A stretch of 64,000 nucleotides of DNA from Rhodosorus marinus CCMP1338. Its lineage: Eukaryota; Plantae; Rhodophyta. Both the position numbers and the translations under genes were made by a program. Positions 59,495-64,000 of this stretch are shown here, piece by piece. The notes under the pieces are model-generated. The model had not been told where the DNA came from and searched no databases. It was given only the letters and a program-made list of their open reading frames with translations. The stretch's first letter is position 1. Each line of letters begins with the position of its first letter. The stretch is taken from assembly GCA_029953675.1 (NCBI GenBank), contig JAMWBK010000004.1:620001-684000 (forward strand), in the 5' to 3' direction.

Positions 59495-61245
59495 CGTCCT
59501 TGTCCTACGGCATTCGAACGCCTTTTATTTTTGGAGGGGGGATGGGGGAGGACAGGAGGAGATGTTTACTGCCGACTTGAATGAGAAATCCTGGAGCTGT
59601 TCGTGGTGAACAGCGTCCCACATTCTCGTAGTACATTGTACCCCCCCAGCAGAGTGGAATATTAACTGCGGATGGCAAGGCCAACGACTCGTAGGCTGAC
59701 TAGGCCGCATCAACTCTTCGTCGCCGTAGGGACGTCGTTACGTGGAGAGCAAGTGTCGCAGCCTTCTCTTCCCCGGACTGATGCCAGGCTTTCGGGTTGT
59801 AAATAGTCTTGGTCCCCTAGACGGCTCGAGACGGGCTTTGTTGAGCGGCCACCTACCGGGTGAACATCTTGTGCTTTTAACTTGTACTGGAGTAACACCT
59901 GGCTTTGGGACTCCAGCAGATCGATCACCAGGGTCTCATTAAGAGTCAATAATTTGACCTGCAACGTACGGGAGCTGATAAAAAAAGTAACTCTGTCTCG
60001 CGGCTAAGGACGTTCCCCACCCAAACTTGTGTCATAGTACGTACGCTTCCAGTGGCTGGGAAAACATGTTGGGTTGGTCTGGCTTCGTTCACGATTATCC
60101 GTTCCAATCTACTCAAGCTCAAGCCGATTCCGTTCGGCAGAGTGGGCTTCTTCTGATTCCACCGGGGTTGCTCAGGGTCTTTCGAGAGCTTGGGGTAACG
60201 TGTACAGGGGGATGTCCCAATTGACGCAATTGAAGATGGCTTAGATTGCTCTCCATTGGGCTGATTGGTAAGCCATATAGCCGACTCCACCGGCTTGGTC
60301 CAGATTCGGAACCCCCATTGGCCCGATTGGCAAGCATATCTCCGATTCCATCTGGGTCGTTAGGGTGCTGATGCGGCAAAGCTTACCCCAAGGCTGGATG
60401 TGGGGGATTAGGAGGGTTGCAGGAAGGTTGTTCTGATCCCGCAGGGTTGTTCAGGGTTTCCTGCCGAGGTCCGAAAACGGTCTAGTTTTCAACCTTTTCG
60501 ATGCCTCATTCGCCCCATTAGTAAACCAAATCGCGGATCCCAACCAGTCTGTTAAGATTATGATGCCTCAACACTTGCCTGATGCCTGATGTTACGTTTT
60601 CGTTTGTTTCTGGAGGGCCCGTGGTGAAGAACCGATGCTTTTCAATAATCTCAGTTCACTGTCAGCTCGTTTCTTAAACGGGCACCCAAGTGATTTTTTC
60701 ATAATACAAAATGAGCTCTGGGTAGTTGGGTGGGTTGTTCCACGGGTAGGTTCCGTAGAGTCGGATTTGTCCCATGGGAAGGCTATTGGAATTTTCTCAT
60801 CGGTATTACCGCAGCAGTCACTGGTAATATCGGTAACTGGCTGTAAATTATTTGTTTTTATGAAACCGGCTACCGTCCCAACACTACCCGTCGTGTTTAG
60901 AGGTAACCATGATTCACCTAATTTTTGTTATCATTCATCGTTGACTTTTGCTATAGACAGGTCTGAGGAAGAGGGGAAGAGGGAGAGGGAGAGGGAGAGG
61001 GGGAGAGAGAGGGAGAGAGAGGATATTACATTGAGAGTTGTGAACTGAGAGCCTTTGCGGGGTGGGAGGGGATTGGAGGTGAGAGTTGAGGCGATGGTTT
61101 GGAATCGGAGGAGGGGAAGAGGGAGAGGGAGAGGGAGAGGGAGAGGGAGAGGGGGAGAGAGAGGGAGAGAGAGGATATTACATTGAGAGTTGTGAACTGA
61201 GAGCCTTTGCGGGGTGGGAGGGGATTGGAGGTGAGAGTAGAGGCG

Positions 61246-62205
61246 ATGGTTTGGAATCCTGTGCCTGGTGGTGGTGGTGGTAGTAGTTTTGGTTGGTTGA
61301 GCAGGCGAAGAACGAAGCATGTACTGGTTCTCGCTTGTGTAGTTCTTGCATTCTCCATCGTGGGAATAGTTTTGATAGCAAAGATCGACAAGTCCGATAC
61401 GGCGTATTCGCTCGATACGACGTGGAGGAGGACGGCGCCCGATGCGAAGGAGAGATATGTGCGGATGATACCCAGGGTGATCTGGCAGACTGTGAAATCT
61501 CATGAAGTACCGAAGCTGGCTTACGATGCGGGCGGGAGCTGGACGCACCTAAATCCAACGTACGATCGGATTGTCCTGGATGATTCGGAGGTCCTGCAGT
61601 TTGTGAAGAGGTTCTACAACGAGACGGAGTTTGATCTGTTCAAGAGCATGCCTGTAGGGGTAATGAAGGCGGACTTTTTCAGGTATATGGTTGTTTACAT
61701 TCACGGTGGGGTCTACGCCGATGCGGATACGATAAACCACAAGAGTATCGACGAGTGGGTCGACAGCGACTGCCAGTTTGTCGTTGCACCGGAGGATAAC
61801 GACGGGTTTTTCTGCCAGTGGGCATTTGCTGCGATACCTCGACACCCGATCCTGAAACGGCTCGTTGAGTTAATCTTCGAAAAGCTGGCGAACGGTCCGG
61901 ACTACTCCAATCCACATTTTGTTCATGGCGTCACTGGGCCGGCGATATGGACGATCGCAATCAGGGAGGTTTTGGGGATATCCCCGGACGAAAAGCTGAA
62001 CCCGTTCATTCTAACCGATCGTGCAAAGACGCTCAGAAAGGACCAAGGAATCTGCTGGTTGACGACAAAGGAGCTCGTCAAAGCCCTGAGCAACCTGTCC
62101 GCTCATGACAACCCGGCTTTTGTCGAGGTTGGTTGGTCAAACTGGTTCGCAGAAGCGGGCGACTTGCGCAAGAAATTAGCTTCCGAGACATCCAACGAAG
62201 AATAA
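61246..62205 (+). CDS. GT32 paralog C, copy 3 (diverged, intact), 319 aa
   Basis: Intact ORF with DxD and several substitutions relative to C1/C2; preceded by a 152-bp duplicated start region. Confidence 0.88.
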   Translation: MVWNPVPGGGGGSSFGWLSRRRTKHVLVLACVVLAFSIVGIVLIAKIDKSDTAYSLDTTWRRTAPDAKERYVRMIPRVIWQTVKSHEVPKLAYDAGGSWTHLNPTYDRIVLDDSEVLQFVKRFYNETEFDLFKSMPVGVMKADFFRYMVVYIHGGVYADADTINHKSIDEWVDSDCQFVVAPEDNDGFFCQWAFAAIPRHPILKRLVELIFEKLANGPDYSNPHFVHGVTGPAIWTIAIREVLGISPDEKLNPFILTDRAKTLRKDQGICWLTTKELVKALSNLSAHDNPAFVEVGWSNWFAEAGDLRKKLASETSNEE

Positions 62206-62435
62206 ACGCGGCGAAGAGGGAATTCAGAGTCCCATGGTTCTCAAAGAAGATACCGTCGAGCTGGGATTACGGAAGGGATCCGATTGAAGTCCACTGAGGC
62301 AAACAGTAGTCGAGCGGAGCTCTTTAATGGGCGAAGGGGGAAAAATAGAGCGCTTGCGTATTAATCGGTAGAAGATTTAATTTAAAGCCATCAGGGACAC
62401 AAGTTTGTGTACGCCTCATCGAAATGTGAAAGCTT

Positions 62436-62730
62436 CCCAGTCGAGTTGAGTAGTAATACTACTACAGTATCTGGACCTCGTCAGTTGTGCGAGGTCCAAG
62501 AGAGAGGAGAGGTAGTGCTGCAACTTCGCACGCTTGGTCTGGATGTGGCCCCCAGTCGAGCTGAGTGGTAGTATTTGGACCTCGTCAGTTCTGATAGGTC
62601 CAAGAGAGAGAGGAGAGGTAGTGCTGCAGCTTTGTGAGCTTGGTCCGGATAAGGTCCCCAGTCGAGTTGAGTAGTGGTATCTGGACCTCGTCAGATCTAA
62701 GAGCGAGAGGAGAGGTAGCGCTGCAACCTG
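62436..62730. repeat. Tandem ~110-bp repeat with an internal hairpin (~2.7 units)
   Basis: Units start cccagtcgag at 62436, 62551 and 62657; stem tggacctcg/cgaggtcca at 62472-62498. About two units also occur at ~51423-51611 and ~57010-57198. Confidence 0.85.
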
Positions 62731-62951
62731 TTCATCCCAAGTCAGATGGACCGAGAGAGCTTTTGATGAATATGGAGCTGTTATTGAGCTGCGGCAAGAG
62801 AGCGCGGAGTGTGAGCACAGGATGGTGTAGAGCATTCCATCCGAGCTCGGATGTGGTGAACGGGTAGGTGACATCCATTCAAGGCTCCGGCTCACTTTTC
62901 TGTTTATTCTGGTGACAAGTCTGATAACTAGTGAGCGATCTGAGGCACGAT

Positions 62952-64000
62952 TTAACATCCAGAATTCGTGTATTCGTCTGAGCACCGGCTAATGGTCTGC
63001 CCGCTCGTGTTCTTGGGTAGGTTGCGACCGCAGAATGGGAAACCACCGATCAGGTTGTTGATACAGTTGTCCTGGCAGTTGAGCTTGGCTCCATATTGGC
63101 ATACAACGAGCTGGGTAAGCCGGCCGCCTGTATCGCAGGACACATCAGCACACCCAAGAAGTTCAGTGCCGCTCCATACCATGGCGGTGTAATGGCCAAC
63201 GACGCCGCCGTTAATCCTGGTACATGAGTTACTGGAGGGACCGAACCGGTAGTCATCGACCTCCTCAGCAAAAGCTGTTATGGACCGGCGCTCAATGTCA
63301 TCGGACGAGGAATATCCGGATTGATAGTAGAGGTTCTCTCCGAGGTATCCGTACTGGGTCGACCTTCGGAAGGCACTGGATGAGTGCTGCAAGACACACC
63401 CCCTGTTCTTCAACTCGTTCGCCCAGTTCTGTGCGCTCTGTGCGATCTCTGCGTCCCATATGGCAGGAGGGACTTTGACTTCATTTCGTAGCTTGTTGTG
63501 CTCAACGACCCACTCATTGCCGCCACCTCCACCTCCACCTCCACCTCCGCTGCACTTGGGAACCAGACAGACCTTGGCCTTGGAACCTACAGAAGCCTGG
63601 ACTCCGACGGCGACATCGCTCAACCCGTTCATGTACTGCACTCTGTTAACCAGATCGTTGTCGAGAACTTCAATCCTGATGCAAAAGTTGGGGGAAGGCA
63701 TCTTCACTGCCACGCCGTCAGCCCTTCCCCACTGGGTCCACTTGATGTTCAACGTGGTTCCGTCTGGGCTCCGTGTATATGAATCTCTTGGGGAACTGGG
63801 ATCGTCTTCGACTTCAACGCTTGCGCTCGGAGGTAGGTCACGGATCTCCATGCGGAGAGCTCCCTTCGTAATGCCGGCCTTCCTTTTGTTCACGATTACC
63901 AGGCTAGCCGTATTGCTCCTAGTGTCGACGTGAATCACTACTCGCGCCCTTCCCACTTTGATAAGCGGCTTCTGGGAAGTTTCCGCCTTCCGGTTGTATC
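62952..64000 (-). CDS. CAP/SCP (PR-1-like) domain protein with an extra N-terminal domain and poly-Gly linker; 5' end off the window
   Basis: HNKLR, WDAEIAQSAQNWA, LQHS, GENL, GHYTAMVW, LGCA, VVCQY. The frame stays open from 63956 to base 64000. Confidence 0.88.
   Translation of the reverse strand, partial: YNRKAETSQKPLIKVGRARVVIHVDTRSNTASLVIVNKRKAGITKGALRMEIRDLPPSASVEVEDDPSSPRDSYTRSPDGTTLNIKWTQWGRADGVAVKMPSPNFCIRIEVLDNDLVNRVQYMNGLSDVAVGVQASVGSKAKVCLVPKCSGGGGGGGGGGNEWVVEHNKLRNEVKVPPAIWDAEIAQSAQNWANELKNRGCVLQHSSSAFRRSTQYGYLGENLYYQSGYSSSDDIERRSITAFAEEVDDYRFGPSSNSCTRINGGVVGHYTAMVWSGTELLGCADVSCDTGGRLTQLVVCQYGAKLNCQDNCINNLIGGFPFCGRNLPKNTSGQTISRCSDEYTNSGC

Noticed and set aside
1-64000. tRNA, rRNA, spliced-leader or telomere repeat arrays as CRE target sites
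   Set aside because: None recognised by eye and the two clear TSDs are unrelated. A covariance-model scan would be needed to exclude small RNAs.

Overview
Eukaryotic nuclear DNA with short GT-AG introns (71-135 bp), most likely from a red alga or similar compact-intron eukaryote (inference; I cannot assign the species). I found no rRNA, tRNA or CRISPR. The first 44 kb holds a few intact genes among transposon debris. The mobile elements are the 5' half of a two-ORF CRE-like non-LTR retrotransposon (its RT ORF runs off the window start and is missing from the ORF track), about 18 short 3' fragments of restriction-like-endonuclease (RLE) LINEs from at least three families, a decayed Ty1/copia-like element, a gag-like remnant and a possible TIR element. 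The intact genes there are two C2H2 zinc fingers, a six-exon 996-aa secreted atypical alkaline phosphatase-like protein, two secreted proteins sharing an unnamed Cys-patterned domain (one also has three lamin-tail-like repeats) and a 151-aa secreted precursor of five KR-flanked Pro/Gly/Arg peptide repeats. That precursor, which resembles fungal Kex2-processed repeat proteins and animal prohormones, is the most striking feature. From 44.7 to 62.9 kb is a tandem array of GT32 (OCH1-like, DxD) glycosyltransferases in ~5.58-kb units (A-B1-C1-a'-B2-C2-a'-psiB3-C3). The only B copy with both an ATG start at codon 1 and an intact frame is a recombinant of two defective neighbours. A CAP/SCP-domain gene runs off the right edge.
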